From IMG/VR virus record IMGVR_UViG_3300013372_003978, positions 23,688 to 87,687 of that record: DNA of 64,000 nt. One strand, given 5' to 3'. The notes beneath the pieces are model-generated. The model made no database searches and was not told where the DNA came from. It worked only from the letters and a program-made list of their open reading frames with translations. Below are positions 1-9,079 of the stretch, piece after piece. Each line of letters begins with the position of its first letter. Within the stretch, counting starts at the first letter, position 1. Origin of the DNA: a virus. The translations under genes and the position numbers were made by a program.

Positions 1-3000
1 TCAGTATTTTCTAATAATTCAATTTCTTCATAAGTATTTGTAATTGTTTCTCCACTCATAAAGTTTAATTCTGTTAGATATTCCAAATATAATTCATATC
101 TATTATCTATGTTATTTATGTTAGTTAATTGATAGTATTTATCCCTTTCGATTGCTTCAAGTTTATATTTGAAAATATCGTCATAACTGCATAACATTTC
201 ACCCCATTTTCTGGAAAGTAAATAAACACCACCATCATTATCAACATCAACATCGGCAATTACAAATACATCTATAGGTAATGTTGATTTAGTTACAATA
301 TCTCTTAAGTCTTGAAGTTCTAAATGTTTAAATATATCATCTAATACCTCTTTTTCATGTTTAATACCTTCTATCTTGGCAATACGCATACGTTCAACAT
401 AATCAATTTGAAGAACATCCCATTCTTCTTGTGTCATATTATTAGGTAATTTATTAACTTTAATCCAGAATTTAATTTCCTTATCTTCCATACGCATTAA
501 GTCTTCATAAGAATCTTGGTCACCTGGTTTATTTGAAATACCTGAAACTAATTCACATTCAGCTATGGTAAATACTGTTCTATCTTTAAGTTTTTCAGTT
601 ATTTTTTTAGTTGTTTTATCTTTTACCTTAACAATATCTAATATTACACTATTACGAACATCTAAATTAAAACAAACCAATAATGGTTTTATTTTTTTAT
701 TGAAAGCATCTAAATAACGAGCAACATTATATTCATCTGTATATAGTTCAGAGTTGATTTGCTCAATCCTTTCACCAGTACTAGTAAAAGCATCCATATT
801 AATATTATCTTCGCTCTCCATCGCTGTTATGGCTTTTTTAAGCATTTCTAATTCTTTAATCATTTCAAAATCATGCTCAATAACTTTTGGGTCAATTAAT
901 TTACAATTTAATTGAACTTCTCTTTTAACTGTTGGTATTGGAGAATCTGGATTATCAATAACCCATTTCTCAGTTTGTTTTTTAGTCATTTTATTCAAAT
1001 GAACAGTTTTCAAATCACCATGAGATTTAGATGTACCAGTGTTGATATAAAATAAAGTATCACCTAATGTCACGTCTAATCCAGCTTGCATTGCTAATTC
1101 CATGTGTGCTTGTTTAGGCATAGGATTACCAGCTTTATTTTTCATTGTAGCTTTCTTTTTATAATCAGCTATGTTTGATTTAATTTTAGCTTTAGATGCT
1201 ATCTTAACCAATGGAATTTGATAGTTATAAATCTTATCTACATACTCATAATAATAATTGATAAATGAATGACCATCACCATCCAACAACATACGAATCC
1301 CTTTACCTAAAAATTCTTCAATATAAACTGACATTTTTTTAGATTTAACAGAGTTACCAACTAACTTAATCTTACCACCAATATCATTAGCATAATTTTT
1401 TCTAGCAAAGTTAATCGTTGAACTACAAACATCATCTAAATCCAATCCCATACGACCTTCCATATAAATTTCATTAAATTCAGCCAAAGCAGCATCAATA
1501 CCTATTAACTCTTTACCAGCATCATCAATTGTTTTCCAATGACTACCTTTAGCTACATATTTAATTTCATTAATATTAGCTGGTGCTGCAAAGTTAAAAC
1601 CATCAGTGTCACCTACAAGAGCACGAAATCCGTGAGTTTCTGTAAAGTGTTTTACCATTAAACGTAAGTATTGACGACCACGACATGTAGTTTCTTCAGC
1701 AGAGTCAGTATCACCCCAATTAAAGATGTAAGGAGCACCATATGAACCAAACCATGAGTTAGCAAGAATCTTAAGTGGTAATTGTTTCTTATCATATAAA
1801 TTAGATAAAGCTTTATGGTCATGAACTAATTTTTTATATTCTTCTTTTTGTTCTGAAGTTAAATCTTTACCTTCTTTTAATAATGCATCATATTTCTTAG
1901 CTGTTTTCTTTTCAGTACCAGTTAAGAATTTAAATTTATCACGTGTATCTACCACATAAGTAAGGATACCTTCCATTACACCACTAATATCCAAGTCAGG
2001 AAAAATTTTATGTGTAATCTGAGTTTTAGGGTATAATGCAGCATAATCTAATTTATATACATCTCTAGCATAACCTAATTCTAATAGACGAGAAAGTCCA
2101 CCAGTAAAGTCTCTTTTAGTTTGTGTTTCTGGAATTGCTAATCCATTCTCATAAGACCATGCAGCCATAATAAGTTTCCACTGACCAGCGGTACCCATTG
2201 TTGATGAACGTTGAAATGATGTTGGAAGCATTTTTGCAATAAGGAAACTGGCTTGGTTAAAAATATTATCAATTTGTTCAGTTTCCCACAAGTCATCACA
2301 TAAATAACGTTGTACGATATAATCACCTTTTTTAATAACATAACCTTCTTTTAAAGGAGTCTTATCAGTAATCATATACCAATCACCATTGGAATCATTA
2401 AATGCATATTGATTATCTTTATCTTTCCATGTAGTATTAATTTTATCACCAGGAACATAAACACGATTAGGTTTAGCTATATCTGAATATTGTGTAATGT
2501 ACTTCAAACCCCAAGATTTAATCTCTGAGTTAATTGCCATTGCTCTACGAACAGCATGTGAAATATCCATAATATTATAACCATACATATTTGTTTGTAA
2601 GTAATGTTCTGTTTCACCACCAAACTTAACTGTAGCTGGTTTACGTTTTATTTTAGAAATTCTATTCAATGTGACAGCTAAATCTGTTATTGGAATAGAT
2701 AAACGCTCTGCACGCTCAAATAAGAATGGCCAGTCAAAGTTTTCTGAATTATAACCAGTAATAATATCTGGTTGGATAAAATCAATTATTTTGAAGAATT
2801 TAGTGATTGTTGCTCTTTCTTCATTTCTTTTCTCTTGAAGAGTTTCACCTTTTACTTCTAATACGTGTTCCATTTTTCTGTTATCTCTAACACCAATTTG
2901 GAATATACTATCTTTACTAGCAAAAAGGCCAGTAGTTTCCAAGTCAAATTGAAATCTATGCACATCATCATAATCGTCCATACCTTTAAACAAACGCTTA

Positions 3001-3455
3001 CCACTTTGGATAAGAAATTGTTCATCAGCTCTAAACATTACGAAATTTTTAGAAAAATCTTTATGAAATACATCAACACCACCATTTTTAAAAAAGTTAA
3101 TTAAATCATTATATGATTTGTTGCAGGTTGCCATGTATTTGTATCCACGTTCAAGTCTTTCGGGAGAAAAGCCTTCAGAATTACTAGTTCTTAATTCACT
3201 GATTTTAACACCATAACTACGACCAGCTTCTATTCTTTTTACACGATTACCACCATAAAGAATACTAGTAATATCGTGTTTAAACCATAAGAAAGGTTTA
3301 AAAGGGTGTGGTTCTAATCTTTTACCAGTTACTGGGTCATTGATTACTAGTGTGACAGTAGGTTCACTATATCCAGCTTCAATGGCTACAATATATTCTT
3401 GTGGGTCAGAACCTTGCAAGAAATTCTCAATTACTTCATTACTTATTTTGCTCAT
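1..3455 (-). CDS. Family B DNA polymerase (T4 gp43-like), 3' end cut by window start
   Basis: Manual translation from ATG at 3455 (MSKISNEVIENFLQG...) stays in frame in the segments read and is still open at position 1 (>1150 aa). It contains Exo I FDLETTG, Exo II ITGYNSENFDWPF, motif A DYAALYP, motif B KILANSWFG and motif C VGDTDG. It is missing from the ORF track because there is no stop codon in the window. Confidence 0.95.
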   Translation of the reverse strand, partial: MSKISNEVIENFLQGSDPQEYIVAIEAGYSEPTVTLVINDPVTGKRLEPHPFKPFLWFKHDITSILYGGNRVKRIEAGRSYGVKISELRTSNSEGFSPERLERGYKYMATCNKSYNDLINFFKNGGVDVFHKDFSKNFVMFRADEQFLIQSGKRLFKGMDDYDDVHRFQFDLETTGLFASKDSIFQIGVRDNRKMEHVLEVKGETLQEKRNEERATITKFFKIIDFIQPDIITGYNSENFDWPFLFERAERLSIPITDLAVTLNRISKIKRKPATVKFGGETEHYLQTNMYGYNIMDISHAVRRAMAINSEIKSWGLKYITQYSDIAKPNRVYVPGDKINTTWKDKDNQYAFNDSNGDWYMITDKTPLKEGYVIKKGDYIVQRYLCDDLWETEQIDNIFNQASFLIAKMLPTSFQRSSTMGTAGQWKLIMAAWSYENGLAIPETQTKRDFTGGLSRLLELGYARDVYKLDYAALYPKTQITHKIFPDLDISGVMEGILTYVVDTRDKFKFLTGTEKKTAKKYDALLKEGKDLTSEQKEEYKKLVHDHKALSNLYDKKQLPLKILANSWFGSYGAPYIFNWGDTDSAEETTCRGRQYLRLMVKHFTETHGFRALVGDTDGFNFAAPANINEIKYVAKGSHWKTIDDAGKELIGIDAALAEFNEIYMEGRMGLDLDDVCSSTINFARKNYANDIGGKIKLVGNSVKSKKMSVYIEEFLGKGIRMLLDGDGHSFINYYYEYVDKIYNYQIPLVKIASKAKIKSNIADYKKKATMKNKAGNPMPKQAHMELAMQAGLDVTLGDTLFYINTGTSKSHGDLKTVHLNKMTKKQTEKWVIDNPDSPIPTVKREVQLNCKLIDPKVIEHDFEMIKELEMLKKAITAMESEDNINMDAFTSTGERIEQINSELYTDEYNVARYLDAFNKKIKPLLVCFNLDVRNSVILDIVKVKDKTTKKITEKLKDRTVFTIAECELVSGISNKPGDQDSYEDLMRMEDKEIKFWIKVNKLPNNMTQEEWDVLQIDYVERMRIAKIEGIKHEKEVLDDIFKHLELQDLRDIVTKSTLPIDVFVIADVDVDNDGGVYLLSRKWGEMLCSYDDIFKYKLEAIERDKYYQLTNINNIDNRYELYLEYLTELNFMSGETITNTYEEIELLENT

Positions 3456-3470
3456 GTTATAAATTTTTTA

Positions 3471-3502
3471 CAAATCTACAAAACAAAATTTAATTAAACA
3501 AA
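3471..3502 (-). promoter_or_regulatory. Bacteroidota-type housekeeping promoter P1 of DNA polymerase
   Basis: Minus strand reads TTTG-N20-TAGATTTG, 15 nt upstream of the ATG; matches the -33 TTTG / -7 TAnnTTTG consensus. Confidence 0.75.
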
Positions 3503-3524
3503 TGATTTAGGGTAATTATTTTTT

Positions 3525-3572
3525 AACTTGGTGATGCACAAAGTTACCGATTTATTTTGAGTTCACCAAGTT
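3525..3572 (-). promoter_or_regulatory. Second promoter P2 (TTG-N20-TAACTTTG) bracketed by a 10-bp inverted repeat
   Basis: aacttggtga (3525-3534) and tcaccaagtt (3563-3572) are a perfect inverted repeat; caaagtta at 3539-3546 is TAACTTTG on the minus strand. Confidence 0.55.
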
Positions 3573-3579
3573 TTTGTGG

Positions 3580-3954
3580 TTATTTTTTTATTCCGCTATC
3601 TAAAACGTTAACATATAAGTCTTCTCTGATAGGTACAATAAGGGTTCCACTACCGTCATTAAAAGTAATTTCAAATTTAGCGACATATCTACCAGCAACG
3701 CTAGTTTGTTTTTGAGTAAATTGATATGTTAAATAATATTCATCACCAACACAATCACTTGCAGGTAATACTTGTTGATATTGTGCTGTTGCTTTACCTA
3801 TTTTAATAACACCTGTTACAATATCGGTCATGGTAAATGTTAAAGTTGAATCTTCTACTTTGTCATAAAAGCGTTGAAAATCATTTCTTCCATCTTTAAT
3901 AAGCTCCAATTTCAAAATTGGAAGTGTTGAGTTTTTTACTATGTGAAATTCCAT
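3580..3954 (-). CDS. Small Ig-like structural protein (BppU N-terminal-like)
   Basis: 124 aa, beta-rich, LTYQFT...AGRYVAKFEITF pattern; last gene of the tail-fibre operon. Confidence 0.5.
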   Translation of the reverse strand: MEFHIVKNSTLPILKLELIKDGRNDFQRFYDKVEDSTLTFTMTDIVTGVIKIGKATAQYQQVLPASDCVGDEYYLTYQFTQKQTSVAGRYVAKFEITFNDGSGTLIVPIREDLYVNVLDSGIKK

Positions 3955-3965
3955 ATATTAATTTA

Positions 3966-6950
3966 TTAACCTAATGTAATTGTTTTTGTAATCCCATTAA
4001 TTCTTATTTTTAATCCAGTATCTGTATTTGATTCTAACCAAATATCACCATCATTTGGTGCACTTGGTGCTGGACCAACCTCAAGTTTCATAATAGCACT
4101 TGCAGTTGTTGATGCAGCAATATGTAAATTTGCTGTTGGATTAACTACATTTATACCAATTCTACCATTTGTTTGTGCTGACATAATTGGATTACCTAAT
4201 ATTGTTCCATATGTATTTTTTCCAAATAAAACACCGCCAATATTTAGACTATTTGTTGTTCCAGATGGTAATGTTATATTTGTACCAATAATAATATTAT
4301 TTGAACCTAAATTATTAGTACCAAATGTTTTACCAGCACAATAACCAAAGAAATTTGAATAAGATGCATTTGATGCTAGATAACCAGCATTAGTACCAAT
4401 AAAATTTGAATCATTTGCGTATGTTGCATAAGGACCAGCACCCTGACCCATAAAATTTGAACGACTAGCACCTGGTGCACTTTGACCAGCATATGAACCT
4501 ATGAAATTTGAATTTGTTGCACCTGTTGCACTATAACCAGCCCAATAACCAAAGAAATTTGAACGAATAGCATTTATCGCACCATTACCAGCATTACCAC
4601 CAAAGAAATTTGAATTATCAGCATTAGTTGCACCATAACCAGCACTACCACCAACAAAAAATGAACTATTAGCATAAGTTGCATTTTGACCAGCCAGAGA
4701 ACCTAAGAAATTTGAATAACTAGCGTTTGTTGCACTTTCACCAGCTTGATAACCAACAAAAAATGAACCTCTGGCATTTGTCGCATTTCTACCAGCCCAC
4801 ATACCAATGAAATTTGCCTCATAAGCGGCACTTGCATATTGACCAGTTTCGTAACCAATGAAATTTGCACGATAAGCATTAGTTGCACCATAACCAGCAT
4901 TATAACCCAAGAAATTTGATTGACCAGCAGATGTTGCACCATAACCAGCATTCCAACCTAAGAAATTTGATTGACCAGCACTTGATGCACCATAACCAGC
5001 TTGATATCCAAAGAAATTTGAATTAGAAGAGAATTTTGCACCATAACCAGCATTCCAACCAAAGAAATTTGAATAACTAGCAATTGTTGCACCAGAACCA
5101 GCTTGAACACCAAAGAAATTTGAATTACTTGCACCTGTTGCTAAATAACCAGTTCCAGATAATCCAGTTGAAAATAGACTACTAGTATTTACAATTGTTA
5201 TTGGTGATGTTGAACCGTTACTTCCAGTAGATGCTGATATAGTAACTACATTACCACTTGCATCAACACCAATAGGTTGACCTGCACTTGTTGTAGCTGA
5301 ACTAGTAAGTCTTTCTAACCTTAATCCTGATGTATCTGGTGCTTCACTATATATATGAAGTGTATTTGTTGGATTAACAACATTAATACCAATCTTACCT
5401 GTTGTCTGTGCTACGATGCTTGGGTCACCTCCTGTCGTACCATAAGTACCCGTTCCAAATAAAACACCACCTAAATTAATTGAATTTGTTGTACCTGAAG
5501 GTAAACTAATATTTGTTCCAATAATTATATTATTTGAACCTAGGCTACCTAATATTTCGCCATCACCAACACTATAACCAATAAGTGTTGAATAACTAGC
5601 ACCTGTTGCTAGATAACCAACATTATAACCCATAAAATTTGAATATGGTGCATTTGATGCACCATTACCAGCACCAACACCAAAGAAATTTGAAAAACTT
5701 GCATTTTTTGCATTATAACCAGCACTATAACCAAAAAAGTTAGAAAAACCAGCACCTGATGCTTGAAAACCAGCAGAATCACCAAAGAAATTTGAACGAT
5801 AAGCGTTTCTTGCACTTTGACCAGCTCTATTACCCATAAAATTTGATTGATTTGCATTATATGCACCATTACCAGCACCCCAACCTAAAAAATTTGAATA
5901 ACTAGCACCTGTTGCGGCATCACCAGCATAATATCCAATAAAATTTGAATATGGTGCATTAGTTGCTTGATAACCAGCCCTAGCACCAATGAAATTTGAA
6001 TTACTAGCACCTGATGCTTCATAACCAGCATTCAATCCTAAGAAATTTGAATAATAAGCGTTTGTTGCACTACCACCAGCACCACCACCTAGGAAATTTG
6101 ATTGATTAGCACCTGATGCTTGGTAACCAGCACCTTGACCAATGAAATTTGATTGATATGCATTTGTTGCTTGAGAACCAGCTTCTCCACCAAAGAAATT
6201 TGAATAAAAAGCACCTGTTGCGAGCAAACCAGCTCCATTACCTAAGAAATTTGATTGAGAAGCACCTATTGCACCATTACCAGCATTCAATCCTAAGAAA
6301 TTTGAATTATTAGCACCACTTGCTTGATAACCAGCATTTTGACCAAAGAAATTTGATTGATATGCATTAGTTGCACCATAACCAGCTTGCTCACCAAAGA
6401 AATTTGAATTATAACTATTTGTTGCGTTTCTACCAGCACTAGGGCCAAAGAAATTTGAACCACTGGCATTTAGAGCATTTTCACCAGCTTGTGTGCTAAA
6501 GAAATTTGATTGGCTAGCGTTTGTTGCACCATTACCAGCTGTATTACCAAAGAAGTTTGAATTAGTAGCACTTGATGCTTGCCTACCAGCTTGATTACCT
6601 AAGAAATTTGAACCACTGGCATTAGGTGCATTATAACCAGCTTGAAGACCAACAACAAACATATCATTAGATAAAGCCTCAGCACCATCACCAATTGCTA
6701 TAGAACTAGTCCCTGATGCGATAGGTAATATTGTAGGTGGTGTGTCATTTTCAGCATACCATGCAGGGCCATCATAAAAACCAGTTACATTAAACGTAGC
6801 CCCTGTATTGTTTGTAAAAGTAGTTGTACCAGCAGTATATGTAGCACCAGTAACAAAAGTATTTTCATAATACCTTTGTGATATTTTTAAATTACTATCT
6901 AATGATGGATACCCACCAGCTTTATCTTTATTTAACTTACTTTCAAACAT
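3966..6950 (-). CDS. Tail fibre/adhesin with two arrays of 14-aa SNF(F/L/I)GxxAGxxAxxA repeats
   Basis: 994 aa, Gly/Ala/Asn/Ser-rich beta-roll repeats like trimeric adhesin heads; each array is followed by a module ending in IGINVVNPT. Confidence 0.8.
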   Translation of the reverse strand: MFESKLNKDKAGGYPSLDSNLKISQRYYENTFVTGATYTAGTTTFTNNTGATFNVTGFYDGPAWYAENDTPPTILPIASGTSSIAIGDGAEALSNDMFVVGLQAGYNAPNASGSNFLGNQAGRQASSATNSNFFGNTAGNGATNASQSNFFSTQAGENALNASGSNFFGPSAGRNATNSYNSNFFGEQAGYGATNAYQSNFFGQNAGYQASGANNSNFLGLNAGNGAIGASQSNFLGNGAGLLATGAFYSNFFGGEAGSQATNAYQSNFIGQGAGYQASGANQSNFLGGGAGGSATNAYYSNFLGLNAGYEASGASNSNFIGARAGYQATNAPYSNFIGYYAGDAATGASYSNFLGWGAGNGAYNANQSNFMGNRAGQSARNAYRSNFFGDSAGFQASGAGFSNFFGYSAGYNAKNASFSNFFGVGAGNGASNAPYSNFMGYNVGYLATGASYSTLIGYSVGDGEILGSLGSNNIIIGTNISLPSGTTNSINLGGVLFGTGTYGTTGGDPSIVAQTTGKIGINVVNPTNTLHIYSEAPDTSGLRLERLTSSATTSAGQPIGVDASGNVVTISASTGSNGSTSPITIVNTSSLFSTGLSGTGYLATGASNSNFFGVQAGSGATIASYSNFFGWNAGYGAKFSSNSNFFGYQAGYGASSAGQSNFLGWNAGYGATSAGQSNFLGYNAGYGATNAYRANFIGYETGQYASAAYEANFIGMWAGRNATNARGSFFVGYQAGESATNASYSNFLGSLAGQNATYANSSFFVGGSAGYGATNADNSNFFGGNAGNGAINAIRSNFFGYWAGYSATGATNSNFIGSYAGQSAPGASRSNFMGQGAGPYATYANDSNFIGTNAGYLASNASYSNFFGYCAGKTFGTNNLGSNNIIIGTNITLPSGTTNSLNIGGVLFGKNTYGTILGNPIMSAQTNGRIGINVVNPTANLHIAASTTASAIMKLEVGPAPSAPNDGDIWLESNTDTGLKIRINGITKTITLG
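4330..6660 (-). repeat. 42-bp-period coding tandem repeats (two arrays, ~4330-5140 and ~5560-6660)
   Basis: aagaaatttga and accagc recur every ~42 nt. Confidence 0.9.
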
Positions 6951-6952
6951 AT

Positions 6953-7195
6953 TTATTTATTTTTTAATAAAGCTATTAACTCATTTTCTTCTTCTTTAGA
7001 TATTGGTTTACTTTTTTGTAAGTTAACAATTTCTTTTAATTGTTCTGGGAAAAAAACACCATTTAATGCTTCTTTAGCAGTTTCACATTCTCTGTATGTC
7101 ATTTCAAATGCTTCTTTTATATCATCAACCCAAGTTTCAGTTTCTACTGATTTAAGATATTTGTTGTCTGTTGTTCTTTTTATATATTTTACCAT
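6953..7195 (-). CDS. Hypothetical protein (possible fibre assembly chaperone)
   Basis: 80-aa ORF tightly packed between fibre genes. Confidence 0.5.
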   Translation of the reverse strand: MVKYIKRTTDNKYLKSVETETWVDDIKEAFEMTYRECETAKEALNGVFFPEQLKEIVNLQKSKPISKEEENELIALLKNK

Positions 7196-7212
7196 TGTTT
7201 TTTCTTTTAAAT

Positions 7213-8190
7213 TTAATCGTTAAAAACTTCAAATGTTAATGTGTTATTAGGTGCAAATTGATTTTTTATATTGGTTGGCATTGTCAATATTATACCATTT
7301 TCAATGCTTCCATTTACTGAATACGTACCTAAAAAATTAGTACCTATATCACTATTCAATTTTGCAACCAATTCTATCATTGTACTAACTTCAGTATATG
7401 TTTCATTGTAGAATGTCTGAATTAAATCACCACCAACATATAAACTTACTGATGCATTCCCATAAGGAAGACCTGAAACATTTAATCCGTATACTAGTAT
7501 TGGTGTTGTGTCAAAATCTCTTTTGATACTAATTTCAACTGGTGTGTAGTATAGTCCATTATCAGCCAAATCACCACCAGATAACACATCAATAAAAACA
7601 GCACTATCTTTAGTATCAAAACTACTAATACCAGGGATTGGAATTGGAAAATTAAAAGGGTCACCACCACCATCAAAGGGGTATTTAATTTGAGAACTTA
7701 TTTTTGTTCTACTTCTTGGAAATTGATTAATAATAGGTCCTAATGAAGAATTAACACCAATATAATATCCAAACCCACCAAAAGGTGCTTGTTGCCAATA
7801 AATATCAAACCCTAAGTCATTTTCTAGCACATCGACAATCAATTCACCCAAAGAGGATAATTCAGAAGCGTTATCCCAAATTGTAGGTGTTTCCCCTGTT
7901 GCGACAAACACACACCCAGTTTCATTAATAACCCCACTTTGCACGTTAGCAATGTTACTAAAGTCATCACCACTCTGAAATGTTGTTATTGCATAGGTTT
8001 CACCTATAATTAAACCATAATTAAAATAACTCAAACTAGTTCCAGTAATAGAACCTGTTTGTGTTAATAATGCACTATATTTTGCAAAATTATTTGTTGA
8101 TGTACCTGTAACAACCAAACTACCTTGAATTGTTAAATTACCATTTATTGTTTGTCCTGATACGTTGTTTACTATGTATTTTGTTCCCAT
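7213..8190 (-). CDS. Putative virion structural/fibre-associated protein
   Basis: 325 aa; N-terminal INGNLTIQGSLVVTG fibre-type beta repeat; Gly/Ser/Thr-rich. Confidence 0.55.
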   Translation of the reverse strand: MGTKYIVNNVSGQTINGNLTIQGSLVVTGTSTNNFAKYSALLTQTGSITGTSLSYFNYGLIIGETYAITTFQSGDDFSNIANVQSGVINETGCVFVATGETPTIWDNASELSSLGELIVDVLENDLGFDIYWQQAPFGGFGYYIGVNSSLGPIINQFPRSRTKISSQIKYPFDGGGDPFNFPIPIPGISSFDTKDSAVFIDVLSGGDLADNGLYYTPVEISIKRDFDTTPILVYGLNVSGLPYGNASVSLYVGGDLIQTFYNETYTEVSTMIELVAKLNSDIGTNFLGTYSVNGSIENGIILTMPTNIKNQFAPNNTLTFEVFND

Positions 8191-8192
8191 AT

Positions 8193-8822
8193 TTATTTTT
8201 GAAAATGTCTTTCAATTCTTTTACTTAATCTAACCCTAGGGTCTGTTATTTTTCTATTAACCTCTTCATATGTCAACACAAAACCAAAACTTAAAAAAAT
8301 TCTTCTAGAATTAAATTCGTTGGTCCAATGTTTGTACAATGAAGCTTCAAAACAATATAAATCGGTTTCTTCTATGTTAACCACTTCGTCACCGACATAA
8401 AAATCATAATCCTCAGATAAAATGCTTATATTGCATTTATAATTAACATAACCATCAATCGATGCATCATAATGTGGATTTATCTTTCCACCTTTGTTCA
8501 TATCAACCGCTTGGAGAAAAACATTTTCTTTTGGTATATTTAACTCATTTGAGATTCTATCTATAATTACATGGATAAAATCTGGCAACGGTTCGTTTGA
8601 TACATCAGATATTGACTGAAACTTAGTTATATAATTTGTCAACTCTGTATTTGATATATTGAAAATACATGATTTACCTTTTAGTGTTTTGGATAACTCT
8701 GATAAATGATAATTGCTATCATCACCAGTATGGTTAACAGAATCTATCCATTTAACTATTTGGTTTGCCTCATCTTTTGTGATGAAGTTTTTTTTAATTT
8801 TATATGTTTTCGAATCTACCAT
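8193..8822 (-). CDS. 2OG-Fe(II) oxygenase superfamily protein
   Basis: HxD (INPHYDAS), distal His (YKHW) and Arg (SRRIFLSFGF). The start is probably the ATG at 8822 (MVDSK) rather than 8882. Confidence 0.75.
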   Translation of the reverse strand: MVDSKTYKIKKNFITKDEANQIVKWIDSVNHTGDDSNYHLSELSKTLKGKSCIFNISNTELTNYITKFQSISDVSNEPLPDFIHVIIDRISNELNIPKENVFLQAVDMNKGGKINPHYDASIDGYVNYKCNISILSEDYDFYVGDEVVNIEETDLYCFEASLYKHWTNEFNSRRIFLSFGFVLTYEEVNRKITDPRVRLSKRIERHFQK

Positions 8823-9069
8823 ATTTCCCAACCTTTTTAAGGTTATGTTTTTCCAAAAATTCTTTTGGACCCATAGCTTCAATAATTGTTAATTCTGCTG
8901 AATCCATAAGTTGTTTTGCTTTTTCATCAGTAACCGACATAACACATAATTTATGTGTTGCTGGCAACTCTCCAGTTGGTGATAAATCTATTTTTAAAAT
9001 ATTATCATTTTTCATTTTTTCTCTTGCTTGAAGAACTTTACCTTCTTCACATAATATACAGATTCTCAT
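8800..9069 (-). CDS. Hypothetical protein
   Basis: 89-aa ORF with an A-rich leader, in the operon. Confidence 0.6.
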   Translation of the reverse strand: MRICILCEEGKVLQAREKMKNDNILKIDLSPTGELPATHKLCVMSVTDEKAKQLMDSAELTIIEAMGPKEFLEKHNLKKVGKYGRFENI

Positions 9070-9079
9070 ATTTTTGTTA

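Noticed and set aside
1700-1720. WGDTDS in the polymerase as catalytic motif C, or a sign of duplication or intein
   Set aside because: It lies just after motif B; the positionally correct motif C is VGDTDG near 1605-1620. No intein signatures were seen in the parts translated.
2138-3104. ORF-track ORFs 2138-2341 and 2865-3104
   Set aside because: They are shadow ORFs inside the DNA polymerase gene.
4330-6660. CRISPR-like periodic repeats
   Set aside because: The 42-nt period is in-frame protein repeat with wobble-position variation; there is no constant repeat with unique spacers and no cas gene.
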